DNA of 62,291 nt, filler included, from Squatina squatina (lineage: Eukaryota), in NCBI GenBank assembly GCA_031763465.1. It is 4 parts of 4 records of this genome, joined end to end, with 100 filler letters (N's around TTAATTAATTAA, not from the genome) between each part and the next. Parts side by side here need not be neighbours in the genome. Positions count along the whole stretch, not along the records: positions 18,144 to 34,667 come from JARFOE010000189.1; positions 34,768 to 49,962 come from JARFOE010000168.1; 2 more parts are not named here. One strand, written 5' to 3'. Of this stretch, positions 25,801 through 39,084 are shown one piece after another. How positions within the stretch are numbered: position 1 is the first letter of the stretch; each line of letters begins with the position of its first letter. The notes beneath the pieces are model-generated. The model was not told the DNA's origin. It ran no database searches and saw only the letters and a list, made by a program, of their open reading frames with translations. Both the position numbers and the translations under genes were made by a program.

Positions 25801-28734
25801 GTGTGCTCAATGCTGGAGTCAAGGTAAGAAGTTGTATGAAGTAAACAGACCAACAATATATGCACAGCACAAACATGCAATATTTAACATTCATTTACTT
25901 TTACTGCATCTGAGTTCTGTGCAGAGGAGTGGGGAGGGCAGAGAAAAGAAAGCAAATGAACAAAGTGGTGGACTCTGCTGCGGGGAGAAGCTCAATAGTC
26001 AAAGATCGTGGGGATCGTTATCTCGATGGCCCTTGCAGTTTCTTGTGAACCAGTTGCCACATTGCAGCCACACCATGCCCAGGTAGCAGAATCTTTGGTG
26101 CCTCTAGTGCCCTGTGGTCTCGGGCAGAAACTTTTGCATTTCCCGGTTTAACTGCACAGGTGCCCTCGGTTGAAGCTGCAGCAGCATTTCCGCATAAATT
26201 GTAACAAGTGCTATTAGCCTCAGCATTGCTCTGGGAGCAAATTATGAGCAATTGTAAAAACGCAAGGAAGGAAAGAAGGCATATTTTTTTAGGAGCCAGA
26301 TCCATTGACAGTTTATTATATCAATTTTTGTATGTAATTGTTTCAGCCGAGTACATAATTTGCTTCCCTGTTTCATCTAGAACAATAATTGATAGCACGA
26401 AACACGGATACCATTTTTTTTCTCATGGCTTTAATTAACTGTTAATAATGTCTTTAATTTTAAATCCATTCTCACACAAACCATGGCTCTTTGATGACAC
26501 AGTAGTGATGGTAAACCTTAAACCTTTTGGGACGGTTGATTTACACTCATTCTGCTATTTAAGTTTTTTAATTAAGTTTCACTTCATTGTGTTTTCTTTC
26601 TCTCTCATTGCAAATTGACATTTGCATTTGAATCTTATTCCAGACTTGACTCATTAGAAACTGATGATGGACCCCGTAGGCCGACAGTTGCAAATGTTTA
26701 GTAGTCACTCACAAGCTGCAGCAATTAGGAAAAATAATTAAAACAAATGATCTGTGTGGGTCTTCAACAAATATTATTAATCAAAAGCCTACAACTGACT
26801 GGCAGACAAGAGTGCATGCATAACATCTGACTGACTGTTGGCTGAGCAATGTGATGGCTCTGCCCCTTTGGAAATAAACTGACTGTAATTTTATGAAAGA
26901 AGGCCTCAGGCTATTATCTAACTAAATGATTCAGAAGCGATGAGTTTCTCTCCAATGCATTTCTTTCGAGTTTTGAGCTATCCACACTAGTGCATCTGGG
27001 TTCGAATTTAATGACTGGTGGAAAACTGTGCAGTCGGAGCATTGCTCATTATCAAGGTTGCCTTAAGAGAAAAACCATAATGGTCATTCGTGCAGCTGGA
27101 CATGTTGCTGGTGGCAAATATGCCGTAGTTACATCTGGATTTTCAAACCTTGCTTTCTATCGTAATGTCCCAATTTCCCGTTCTTGGGTTCAAAGGCATT
27201 CTAGAAAATTCCCGCTCATTTGTAGACTGCTTAAATTTCCCCAAACTGCGCAGTGGATCGCTGATTGGACTCTTGCTCAGATTTCACAGCAGCCTGGCTG
27301 TTATAACCAGTCACTTGTTCAAGTGCTCACAAGATGGCTGACAATCCAAATGGACACTGTGGGAAAGAATGAATGGGCGTTCAAGTTGTAAGGCCTGTCA
27401 AAAATTATGAAAGGAATTATTAAATTGATTCAGNNNNNNNNNNNNNNNNNNNNNNNNNNNNNNNNNNNNNNNNNNNNNNNNNNNNNNNNNNNNNNNNNNN
27501 NNNNNNNNNNNNNNNNNNNNNNNNNNNNNNNNNCTACTTCAAGACAGAGTTGCGTACATTCAGCCAACCCTCCCACGTGCCAGTGCTGCTTTCTCCTTTG
27601 GGGGTGGGGGGGGGGAGTGAAGCATTGAATGGAGGCTGTGTTTGTCAGTTCAGCCAGGTGTTTAAGATGTATTTGGGCTGTTTGAAATAGAGCCTGGAGT
27701 TCTTCTGGCGCCCTGACCAAAATTAGTCCCTCAATCAATTGCATTTTGTGGTGTGCTAATTGGCTGCCACATTCCATATTTGCCTACGTAACAACAGCCT
27801 CATCTCTTCTCGGTAATTCATTGTCCGTTGAAAATTTTGGGATCTTTGAGAGATACGGTGTTGCACTATTTGTAAAATGCATCTTTAAATGCAAATCTTC
27901 CTTCTGGATAGATGGATCTCATGGTTATGGGATCAATGCAATGTTTATTGACACTCCTGAATGTGCTTGCAAAATTCAGTCAACCTCAGCTCTTGCAAGT
28001 TATAAGGGCAGCCTTTCTAGTATAATGAGCACTCTATCAGCCCTGTTGCCATTAATTGACCTGGATTTAACAGCCACCCATTTTTCATGACATGGCTTTA
28101 ATTGTAAGCTTGTCGGATTGGATGTCATTTGAGAAATACCATGATTTGTTACTAATATGTTTAAAGTTGCATTCCTGACCACAATCTTGCAGTCTATTCA
28201 AACCATTTGATTAGCATATAAATGGACATTACCCAACCTTGCTCTCTATCCCACCCTTATATATTTTTTGAATTTGCATTTAGAGACTTGTATTACCATG
28301 GATTTGAATTTCATTAAAATGAATGGGACAAAGTAAGAATTTAAATAATAAACGTTTATATGGAATTTTTTTGGTCTGGAAGTACTATATTAATTGACTG
28401 CCTCCTGTTTATCAATGACACCTGCACATAACAGCAGATGACTTATGTACATTTGACATTATCTGACTGCGAATGGATTTCTGTTCAGTAATATCCCTGA
28501 ACGCATCCCGGTGTTAGAGTAGGGCCACTGGAGCTTTTGTTTTAACCTGTGGGCATGGATTCAAAGCATTGGTGCCAATGTGCGGGGGAAATGCACTGGG
28601 CATGTGACTCTGATCTATACATGTGTGATTCAAAGAGAAAATGACATTCCCATTTTTGACCACCCCAAGAAAATCAATAGTGCTGGTCTGTGTTGGCTGG
28701 CAGTGAATTCGACGTGCCTACATCCAGAATAAAA

Positions 28735-28768
28735 TGTCTTTCTTTCTTTCTTTCTGTCTCTCTGTCTC

Positions 28769-28799
<31 letters not shown>

Positions 28800-28809
28800 G
28801 TCTCTCTTT
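28735..28809. repeat. (CTTT)n/(CT)n microsatellite
   Basis: Read directly; runs into a gap. Confidence 0.9.
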
Positions 28810-29475
28810 NNNNNNNNNNNNNNNNNNNNNNNNNNNNNNNNNNNNNNNNNNNNNNNNNNNNNNNNNNNNNNNNNNNNNNNNNNNNNNNNNNNNNNNNNNN
28901 NNNNNNNNNGAATTATTAGACCAACTTTGCTTTTTCTCTCTCTGAAAGCCCAGATGGCTGACTCTTGCAGAATGAACTCCAAAACAAAGGCAGTTTTTTT
29001 TTTTGAGAAGTGCTCGCTTACCCATTGCAACATAAATGGACCGGAATGCTAATGGAAGGAAAGTTGTGGTCAGCTTGACTGGCTTCATTAGAAGTAAATC
29101 TCCAATTTAAATTAATAATGGAAAACCTTTAAAATTCTGACAAGTAACGGATGGATTCCAGATACCTTATTAAAATGTTCGCCAGTTCCATTCCTGAATA
29201 TATACTTTTAATTTCATTGTCAAATTTATCTGACTCCTTGTGTTCATAATTGACTGTTCTATCAAAGGTTCCATGAGCTGAATTCCGACAAGCTCCTTTG
29301 TATCTTCAGCATCCCCATACTCAACTATCCCATTATCTTGCAGAAAAAAATGACCAACGTTAACTAGAGAAAGGGACATGAGGAAAGCTGGTAACCAATG
29401 AGAGAAAGAGAGAGCGAGGTGTTTCCTGGTGTCAGTTTGTGACCCCTTAAGTGTAGAGATTTTTAAAAAAATCAT

Positions 29476-30091
29476 GGGGGCTCAATGGGTCTGTGCCGAA
29501 AGCAGCTAAACAAGTGTTGCCACGGCGCTGACCCGGCAAATGCCGCGTCACTGCCAGGTTGCGCCAGCAGCATGGCAACTGCACATGCACCAGCCATGGC
29601 CCCGCCCCTTGCCTTAAAGGGAAGGGCCGCAGACTTGCATTGGGCGCAGGGATTCAGGGCCGCTGGACCAACAGGTATGCGGGTCCTGGCAGGAAAACAT
29701 GCCGGCACACCAGAGAGGGGGCCAGCAAACAATAAGGGCCATCGGTTGACAATGAAGTTGGCCGATGTTAAAAGATGGTGGCCATCAGCGCAGGACCCGC
29801 ACCTTTAACGCGCCTTGGCAACGACAGGTAAAACCAGCCGTTGCCAATGCCTGGGGCGTCGCCGGTGAGCTGCCCTTCAATTCCGCTGGCGTAGAGAGGT
29901 CGCCGCGTGACTTGATGACGTCTCGCGTCCGACTCTGGTGCCAACGGCGTCCCTGACGACGAGGCCTTAGTGCCGCCGGGGCACCAGACCCAATACCTAA
30001 ATCGTAAATTATTGTTTCACGTTTCTTTCACACCAGGGTAGCGCCGCTGATCGGCATTACCTGAGCACAACGGCACACCAATTGGGCCCCC
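29476..30091. mobile_element. CpG-rich Harbinger-like MITE
   Basis: Ends GGGGGCTCAATGGGTCTGTGCCG and (reverse complement) GGGGGCCCAATTGGTGTGCCG; shares CCTTAAAGGGRAGGGCCGC with 4808-5583. Confidence 0.6.
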
Positions 30092-31939
30092 TGTGTCTTT
30101 TTTCCTATATTACAACAGTGATTTCAAAAATACTTAATTGCTTGTAAAGTGCTTTGTGACATCCTGAGATCATGAAAGAAGCTATATAAATTCAAGTTAT
30201 TTCTTTTTTCTGTTATACTATTGCTCTGCCCTGAGAGCTAAAGAGCCATACACGCAAATTTGTTGGAATTACACTGATTCAATGTGAGTGTAAAATTAAG
30301 CCTAGAGCTTTAGGTGCAGCAGGAAACAATTTTTCTTCTGTTTTAGTGTAATTTTTTGGGCAATTTTTTTAAAGCTTATCTTCACTGAAAGCTGCCAGAT
30401 ATTTTCTGTTTCTATGAATGCATTTTTTGGATGTTTGGGGTAATTTCGAGTGTAACCTCATGATTACGCTCCCCACAGGTAAATTCCACCCTTACATGTT
30501 TTGCTTCCTTTTATTGTTACACTGTTAATTCAACACAGATGTATCCTTGTAATTTGCAATTTATTTTTACCAGCAATTAATTTTTTGTTGAACTAAACAA
30601 AACAGTAAGTGAAGTTAACTGTATCTAGTCCATGTAGTAATTGACCTTCCAATTGAATTCACTATAAGTACTCAACTTTCCTCCCCCTTTCTCATCTCCT
30701 TCATATTTTATCGAAATTCAATTTTAGCTAAGTGAAATACACCAAAAAGCTGTCAGAATCAAGGAAATGATATGGCGATTGCAAACCCACTTAAAGGTAT
30801 GAATTTACTGAAGGGTTTCACTGNNNNNNNNNNNNNNNNNNNNNNNNNNNNNNNNNNNNNNNNNNNNNNNNNNNNNNNNNNNNNNNNNNNNNNNNNNNNN
30901 NNNNNNNNNNNNNNNNNNNNNNNTTTGTATTCTAGATTCCAGCTACCGCAGCATAGTGAATGACCCTCCTTTATCACTCCCATCCAATGTCCTCCTTGCA
31001 CACTGGGCCCTACAGATATCGAGCCTCTGCTTCTCTACCTTCAGTGGGGACACACCTTTCAGAACGTACGGTCCCCTGGAGAGAGAGGAGGACATTCAGC
31101 CAGGACATCCTCTCCCGCTTGGCTGTCTAGTGGCCTTTGGTGGAAAATGCACTTGTGCAGATGTTGGTGGGTGAATTCAGGATCGGCTGGCTCAGCTGTT
31201 CTTTCAGCGGGGCTGAATTTCTGACGAAGCACAGAAGTGACGAATAGTGATTTGGTGAGGTACCAGATGGCTGGCTGTGCCTGTGGAACCATACTCCACT
31301 GTATCAGAGAGACGGGAAGAAAATGGGGCAGGCGAGAAACAGCTGCACCAGCAGCAGGAACATGCCATTAGAGGCAATCACAGTGTTGCGATTATTTCAT
31401 CAATGATCCAGCAAGTCCTTTTTTAACGATAATTCTAAAGTCAAATTATAAGGCAATTAAGAGCGCGGTATCTGCTATAATACAATATTTATCTTGCTTT
31501 ATGGTCTTTAAAATGCAATATTTCCTGTTGATTGCGGGCACAATTCCACACATCAACCTATGATAACTATAGATTATTGATGCTTCTGCAGGGCTTATCA
31601 CTTGAGTTGTATTGACCGGGGAGATAACCATTTCAGAGTTTAACTTTTGATGATACCTGAATTATCTGAAATTTGATCTGCGCTCTTTTATTTCTCCTAT
31701 TAATCTGTCATCTCACCAAATTTAATCGACATACGTGAGCTGTTCTGACTTGCTATCGACCAATGTGCTGAAACTTTAAATGGGTGGAATGGAGCTCCTT
31801 CAAGTTCTCTCAGTCTCCACTCCAAACAGAAAGGTGGGGCCAGAATTTACTTGGTCTTCAATGGCGTATGCTCAGCGAAAGCCTTCTGAAAGGCCCCGCC
31901 AGTTCGGGGTCTCCGCATGCGCAAAGTTTCCTCTCGTAG

Positions 31940-32155
31940 GGGGAATCTAGAACTAGGAGGCATAGTCTCAGAATAAGGGGTCGCCCAATTAAGATGGAGG
32001 AATTTCTTCTCCGAGGGTTGTGAATCTTTGGAATTCTTTATCCCAGAGAGTGGTGAAGGCTGAGTCATTGAATATATTCAAGGCTGAGATAGACAGATAG
32101 ATTTTTGATCAGCGAGGGTTATGGGGAAAAGGCAGGAAAGTGGAGTTGAGGTGAA
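31940..32155 (+). mobile_element. CR1 LINE 3' end
   Basis: GGGGAATCTAGAACTAGG..GAATTTCTTCTCCGAGGGTTGTGAATCTTTGGAATTC. Confidence 0.8.
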
Positions 32156-32344
32156 TATCAGACTGGCGGACTAGTTTTGATCAGCTTACAGGGTTTGGAG
32201 GGGAATTTCCCTGTTTTTTTTTTCCCCCCTGATCGGCCTTGGTTTTTTTTGTGTCTGATGGTGGGCAGGAGGGTATTAGGAGGGTGCCTAATCGTGATGC
32301 TCCGGGTGTCGAGGTTGTACGGGGCAGACTCAATAGATCAGCTG

Positions 32345-32640
32345 ATCTAATCAACAGAAATGAGATAAGTGGCCAGTTTTGGTGGTTTAGGTTGAAGTAT
32401 AAATGTTGGTCAGGGCACTGGGAGACCTCCTCGGCTCTTCCAAGAATAATGCCGTGGAATCTTACACACCCACCTGAACAGGCACACTGGGGCCTCAACG
32501 TAATGCCTCGTCTCAAAGACAGCAACTCTGATAATGCAGCACTCCCTCCGTCCTGTGCTGAAGTGTCAGCCTCGATTTTACGCTCAGCTCCTAGAATGGA
32601 GTGCTGCCCTTGGTCACTGGGCAAGATACTAGAACATGAC
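32345..32640 (-). mobile_element. Diverged SacSINE1-like copy
   Basis: Degenerate Deu-domain segment and ATGCAGCACTCCCTC..GTGTCAGCCT. Confidence 0.6.
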
Positions 32641-32856
32641 CAGCACTTGTAGAACCAGAGCCCAGTGATTTAGCTGAATGCCTTCAGCAGTGGAAGGAAG
32701 AAAACTGAAGAGAGTTTATTTAAGACGGGGAATCCATCAGTTTGGTGCAGTCTTCTNNNNNNNNNNNNNNNNNNNNNNNNNNNNNNNNNNNNNNNNNNNN
32801 NNNNNNNNNNNNNNNNNNNNNNNNNNNNNNNNNNNNNNNNNNNNNNNNNNNNNNNN

Positions 32857-33045
32857 CCACAGCCCTCTGGGATAAAGAATTCCAAAGATTCACCACTCTC
32901 TGAGTGAAGAAATTTCTCCTCAACTCAGTCCTAAATGGCCTAACCCTTATTCTGAGACTGTGACCCCTGGTTCTAGACTCCCCAGGGGAAACATCCTCCC
33001 TGTATCTACCCTGTCGATATCTGTAAGAATTTTATATGTTTCGAA
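32857..33045 (-). mobile_element. CR1 LINE 3' region
   Basis: Minus strand reads MRRNFFTQRVVNLWNSLSQRAV. Confidence 0.85.
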
Positions 33046-34667
33046 TCTGACAGAGGCCAGCTCGGGCATATAGAAGGGCGGGTGGAACGGAATGTTGGGG
33101 CTTTCACTGCTTCTAACTCCACACATAGGTCAAAGGGGAAGAGCCATCAGTACCACATTTGCTCACTGTGATACTGGATAGGTAAGAATCAGTCAGTTTC
33201 CTTTGGCACTGTCCTCACAATGCACAAAAAGTGCCAATCATCGCTGACGCAGGAACATCCTGAATTATGCACTATTTTGTGCTTAGATGTTTGACCTTCC
33301 CTTATAACTTTCTATTTTCTGTTCACAATTTTAAAAAATTGTTAAAAGTGCAGCCATTTCACTGCAGAAATTGTCATGCCATCAGCCTTCGAAGGATACT
33401 GGGTAATATTCCTAAAATCTGTCCCATAGCTTCCATTATTTTTAATATATAGTGATAGACTCCAGCACTATTATAATGGAAGGTATGATGATTTATGAGT
33501 GGTAGTTTATCAGATACTTTGATAAAATGATTTGACTTTCCCTTGAACAAGCTCTAGCTAATGGCAAAGTCATTGAGAATTTTTGCCCTTGAACATGCCT
33601 GCCATTTGATTGAAGGTGTCAAGTCAATTAGAAAACACCTCTGCCCAAAATGGACAGATTCTTTGAAAATAAAAGTTAGTTTCGGGGCAAGTCACCTCTA
33701 ACTTGTCAATTTTCTTTCATGTCATTTTGTCAACATGAAAAAGTATTCCGGCTTTGATGTATCTCATTTACACAGACGAAAGGAGGTCATATTCATACTC
33801 AGATCTGTTCTCCTTTTATTCCGTTATAACAAGCTGAAGTCTACTTAAGAATCATCTATAAGAAATAGAACTTGCAGGTATGGGCGGGCAATTCAGCCTG
33901 AGTGCTACNNNNNNNNNNNNNNNNNNNNNNNNNNNNNNNNNNNNNNNNNNNNNNNNNNNNNNNNNNNNNNNNNNNNNNNNNNNNNNNNNNNNNNNNNNNN
34001 NNNNNNNNATATTAGGGCCTCATTTTAATCTCTCATCAAAATGACAGTTGCTCTGACAATGCAGCACTCCCTCAGTACCACACTGGAATATCAGCCTAGG
34101 TTATATATTTCAAGTGCAGGAGCTTATACCCACAGCCTTCTGATCCAGAAATTAGCAAGCCACTGACTGAATCAAATTTGCAACAAGCAAAATAAGGCAA
34201 ACTATTGTTGTATAATTGAAAAATTACTGAGAATTCAAACCTCTCTTCATGTTACCACATTCATTGGTCTACCTCCAATGGTAGAATTATTCCAGATAGG
34301 ACAATTAATTGATAGTACAGCTGAAAGCCCTGCAATTAGTAAGCCCATTGAAGAGTACAAACGTTAAATACGATTCAGATGTTTTGCACGAGAGCTTGAC
34401 CTCTTGCAGCATAAGAGGTCAATAATTGTGACGGTCCAGCCACTTCTATTCCTAATTGAAGCAAACCAGGAATTGCATCAGAGGTCGTGCACATCCAGAA
34501 CAAGGGGATGCGAAGCCCAGAGCCAGGCAATTATCTGGCAAACTATATCTCCAAACGTTCCAACTGTTTTACAGCCTGAGGAAACTGGTTCCCTGCTGAC
34601 CCACCAGGAGCAGAAGCAATTTAATCAGCTTTAAAATCCAAGGTGGAACTGCAAGAGAAATTACTGA

Positions 34668-34767
34668 NNNNNNNNNNNNNNNNNNNNNNNNNNNNNNNNN
34701 NNNNNNNNNNNTTAATTAATTAANNNNNNNNNNNNNNNNNNNNNNNNNNNNNNNNNNNNNNNNNNNN
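34668..34767. other. Artificial scaffold linker 44N-TTAATTAATTAA-44N
   Basis: Same layout as 18044-18143; 12-mer at 34712-34723. Confidence 0.95.
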
Positions 34768-34861
34768 AGGTCAAGCTCTATCCATTAGAGAGGAAGCACC
34801 GTGCCACTACTCTCAACTCTCAGTGCAGCCGGCAACCTCAGCACGTTGGTGCAGAGAGAGA

Positions 34862-35326
34862 GATAGAAAGAGCTGCATTTATACAGCGACCACCAGATGT
34901 CTCAATGCATTGCACAGCCAATGAAGTACTTTTTGAAGTGTAGTCACTGTTTTAATGTAGGAAACACAGCAGCCAATTTACGCACAGCAAACTCCCACAA
35001 ACAGCAATATGATAATGACCAGATAATCTATTTTTGTTACGTTGATTGAGGGATAAATATTGGCCAGGACACCAGGGAGAACTCTCCTGCTCTTCTTTGA
35101 AATAGTGGCCGTGGGATCTTTTACATCCACCTGAGAGGGCAGACGGGGCCTCGGTTTAACGTCTCATCAGAAAGACGGCAGCTCCGACAGTGCAGCACTC
35201 CCACAGCACTGGGAGTGTCAGCCTAGATTTTTGTGCTCAAGTCCCTGGAAAGGGACTTGAACCCACAAACCTTCTGGCTCAGAGGCGAGAGGGAGAGAGT
35301 GCTACCCACTGAGCCACAGCTGACAC
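34862..35326 (-). mobile_element. Full-length tRNA-derived Deu-SINE (SacSINE1-like)
   Basis: Minus strand: GTGTCAGCTGTGGCTCAGTGGGTAG (A box), GGTTCAAGTCCC (B box), central GTAAAAGATCCCACGGCCACTATTTCAAAGAAGAGCAGGAGAGTTCTCCCTGGTGTCCTGGCCAA (Deu-domain-like, cf. AmnSINE1), and a LINE-like tail. Confidence 0.85.
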
Positions 35327-36062
35327 GAGAGGGGGAGTAACTGACTGAGAAAAGGAGCTCGCATTAGTTTCTCGAAAGAAACAGGAAGAAAAGGTTATTT
35401 TTTGTCCCAGGATCCTAGTCTCCCCTCCAGGTTAGCAAAGAAATCCTAGGTTTGAAATGTCGTTAGTGAAATGAGCAGCATTGGATATTCTTTAAATGGA
35501 TGCTCTTTACTACACATGAATATCAACAATTAATAATTATGCATTAATAATGAATGTGAGGATGGAACCACGGCAGAGTAACGCACCAAAAATGCCCCGA
35601 TTGGATGAACAAACTGTTTATCGAGACACACTGTAAAGAATGAGCACATGGGTGAGGTATCAGAGTCTCCTGGAGAGGGGGAGAGAAAATAAAAATGCAC
35701 AAAGTGGGAGCAAGGGCAATATCAGTTTTATTTGATGTTCTCGTTGATAATCACTGTGTATCTTCCATAACTCGTGTTTCCTTGTGTTCTGACGGTTTTA
35801 GACAGTAATTGCAAAATCTGTTCTGGTTTGTTTAGGAGCATCTGCAGCCAATGTCTGGTGAGCCAGTGAAGACCAGCACAAGTCTACAGACTCTGGCCCT
35901 GTTTCTGCCTCATCACAGTTGCTGAATGTGTGACCACGCTTACCCAAGCACCAGTCCCTTCAACGGTTGGAGAATTTCTTTAAATTTTAAACTCTGAAAT
36001 GTGTTGCTCTCAACTCGCAAGAGGACTGTTTTCTGGCTGAATTTGCAGCTGCAAGGTAACGG

Positions 36063-36518
36063 ATGCCCTCCCTCTGGACTGAGATTATGGCCGTTTTGCC
36101 GCCCAGGTTAGAGGACTTAAGCTTGGAGTTCCACAGAATGGTGGAGGAGAGCCTCGTTTCCTTATTACGGCAGGCAGTGGAGTTGCTGTATGAAGGCCAG
36201 GACATAGCCCAGTGTCTGCAGCTCGGTCAGACCATCATTGACTTCTCCTGGGAGAAGCTGAACATTGGAACTTGGAGGGAGGTAGACAAGGAGTGGAGGA
36301 GAGTCTACTCACATGGCTGCCTCATCAAGGCTGTGTGCCTGTGCAAGGAGGAGACAGCGGTTAGAGAGGCGATAAAAGCTTGTGACATGGGATTGTTGAT
36401 GGGGGCAGCAATATTGGACAACATTCTCATCAAACTGATTAAAGTCCTTCAGAGACATGATACCACTGGGAAGAGGCCTTTGGAAGATACTGCATCCCAT
36501 CAGGAATCGAGCAGAAAG
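36063..36518 (+). CDS. KDM8: KDM8/JMJD5 first coding exon (152 codons, N-terminal domain)
   Basis: [49 protein letters not shown] matches vertebrate KDM8 (human [41 protein letters not shown]). Phase-0 donor AAG|GTACAG at 36519; candidate acceptor TTTGCAG ending at 36048. Confidence 0.95.
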
Positions 36519-36764
36519 GTACAGTTTCCATGATTGATGAACCAGCTCTCCGACTGCTTCATCGCTACTTCTACAAATGGAACGGATAAACAAAGCCAAA
36601 GTCCCCCAGGGATAGGGCCTGGAATGGGAGACACCGCTGGGCGAGGAGCAGACTGATGGGAGATATGCCAGCTGTGTATAAGGAACGGAAAGGGAATGAG
36701 CTCGGAGTAGTTTCAAACTAGTTCCTCATGACACGAATCCAAGACACAACTGCCCAGAATTCAG

Positions 36765-36828
36765 GGCTGAGATGAGGAGGAATTTCTTCACTCAGAGGGT
36801 TGTGAATCTTTGGAATTCTCTATCCCAG
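36765..36828 (+). mobile_element. CR1 3' fragment
   Basis: MRRNFFTQRVVNLWNSLSQ. Confidence 0.8.
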
Positions 36829-38423
36829 NNNNNNNNNNNNNNNNNNNNNNNNNNNNNNNNNNNNNNNNNNNNNNNNNNNNNNNNNNNNNNNNNNNNNNNN
36901 NNNNNNNNNNNNNNNNNNNNNNNNNNNNTTTTTCACATTTACAGCAGAATTATTGCCCGTGTGCAGAATTCCAATAACTTGCATTATTGGAGCATTTTGT
37001 GTCCCAAGTGGGAGGGTCTGGGAGGATCAAGTGTCGTGAGCAGGAAGGTGGTTAAAGAGGTCACCCTGGTTCCTGGTCGCAACCCGTGTACAGAACCTGC
37101 TGAGGTAAACTCTGAGGTGGCTCTGGGCTCCACAACAACCTCACTTCTCCATCTCACCAAGACATTGCACAACAGAAAATTCACAGATGTGGGTATAAAG
37201 TTGAAAGCTCAGACTAGTGCTAAGTTTGAGATATGAGGCACTGAGCTGTACTCACAGTTTTCTTGAACAATTCCAGTTCAGTTTCTGTGTAATCGAATGC
37301 CATCCTGGTGATCTCAGTCTCCGCAAGGTTAATCTGGACACAGTGCAAGAGGGAGATTAAGGGCATGTTACAAGGATCCGCACTCTGGGACTGCTCTTCC
37401 TAAAGTTATTCAGTTGTGGGGACACAAGAAGGGCAACTATCCAAGAGAGCGAATGTCTTGCATGCAATGATCAGGTCAAGGTTCAGCTGGCAGGCCAGGG
37501 TGCAAAGTATCAGAGGTCAGGGATGTTCAGGAGCATTACAGGCCCAATACACGGGTTGTGTGTTTTAATATACACCATTTTCAAGTCTACTGGATTCTCC
37601 ACACACTTCTGTGTAAAGTCCCTACTGCCCCTTTCTCTTCCTTCCCCACCCCTGCCCAATCAGGAAAACTCTTGACTAGTGATTTCTCCACTGCTGCTGT
37701 CAATGCTGTTCTTCTAACTGGTTTGCAGAAGCTGAGCCCACTGGCATTACAATAACCCCTTCCCCCAAACTAGCAGCCCAGCCATGAACGAGCACAGTTT
37801 ATTCAAACAACAGCATGCGCAGGGCCCCACTGTAACATATGGCAGGCACACTTGTGAGCCCTGAGCAGAGGTTGAAGGTGCAGAAATATCACTGGGCGCC
37901 TGTGACAGATTGCTGCACCTGTCAGAGTGTTTAAACCCACCTACCAATGGAAAGAAGGGGCAAGCCTGGACAGTGAATACCATCCGCTGTCTCGATGTTC
38001 TTGCAAGAGGGTAGGATTCAAACTTACAAACTCTGGGTCAGGGATCAAACCCCCAGTACAGCAACAAAACAAGAAACGTGTAAATCAGAGGGAGACCGCA
38101 GCTTGTAGCTGGCACGGAACTCAACCGACAGTGTAAAAAGGGGAAGACTTCGACAGCACCTGTGGCTGGGTTCAGGAACTCCTCGAGACAGCACTGGAAA
38201 ACAGAGAGGGTAAGTGATGTAAGTGTGGCTGTGTGAGCGTCCTTGCGACTCAGTCCTTTTCCTTCATGTGCAGAGGTGACAGAAATAGTTGAAGGGGTTG
38301 GTGCAATTCCAGATGTCTATTAGNNNNNNNNNNNNNNNNNNNNNNNNNNNNNNNNNNNNNNNNNNNNNNNNNNNNNNNNNNNNNNNNNNNNNNNNNNNNN
38401 NNNNNNNNNNNNNNNNNNNNNNN

Positions 38424-38667
38424 ACAACAGGGCGGGAGCAGCAGAGTCCACAACAGGGCGGGAGCAGCAGAGTCCACAACAGGGCGGGAGCAGCAGAGTC
38501 AACAACAGGTCGGGAGCAGCAGAGCCCACAACAGGTCGGGAGCAGCAGAGCCCACAACAGGGCGGGAGCAGCAGAGACCACAACAGGGCGGGAGCAGCAG
38601 AGACCACAACAGGGCGGGAGCAGCAGAGCCCATAACAGGGCGGGAGCAGCAGAGACCACAACAGGGC
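38424..38667. repeat. 26-bp GC-rich minisatellite, at least 9 copies
   Basis: Unit ACAACAGGGCGGGAGCAGCAGAG(T/C/A)CC, head to tail with no spacers; starts at a gap. Confidence 0.95.
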
Positions 38668-39084
38668 AGGAGAAGAAGAGATCCGAGAAAGAGCAGATAT
38701 GGGGCCCACCCCTGGACCAAATGGAGCTCTGGTTCTTTCCAAGATGGCGGCATCCACGCTGGTTTAATGAAGCGGGAGCACAGGGAATGGGAGGCCGGGT
38801 GAGCTGAAGGTCGGGGCCCAAGGAGCGGGGGAGGGGTAGATGTGAGGCCGAGGGAACCAGGAGCCGAGGACTGTGAAGCAGCGGAGTAAAAAACGAGAGG
38901 CCCGAGGAGACGGCGACCGGCAGCTGAGGAGCAGGGGAGTGAGGCAAATTAGGCTCAGGAAGCCAGAGCCCAGGGGCGTGAGGAGCCAGAGGCCGGGAGA
39001 TCTGGGATCCAGCAGCCCAGGGAGCCAGAGACTGGAGTAGCGGTGGAGGGGGAAAAGGAGTCTATGTGTATGTCTGTGTATTAG

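Noticed and set aside
36063-36533. A truncated 156-aa KDM8 lacking the JmjC domain
   Set aside because: The terminal VQFP-stop is read-through past the splice donor at 36519; the later exons are simply absent from these contigs.
38030-38195. Possible NSMCE1 last exon on the minus strand (acceptor-like CTCTCTGTTTTCCAG)
   Set aside because: No frame resembles NSMCE1 or any protein I recognise.
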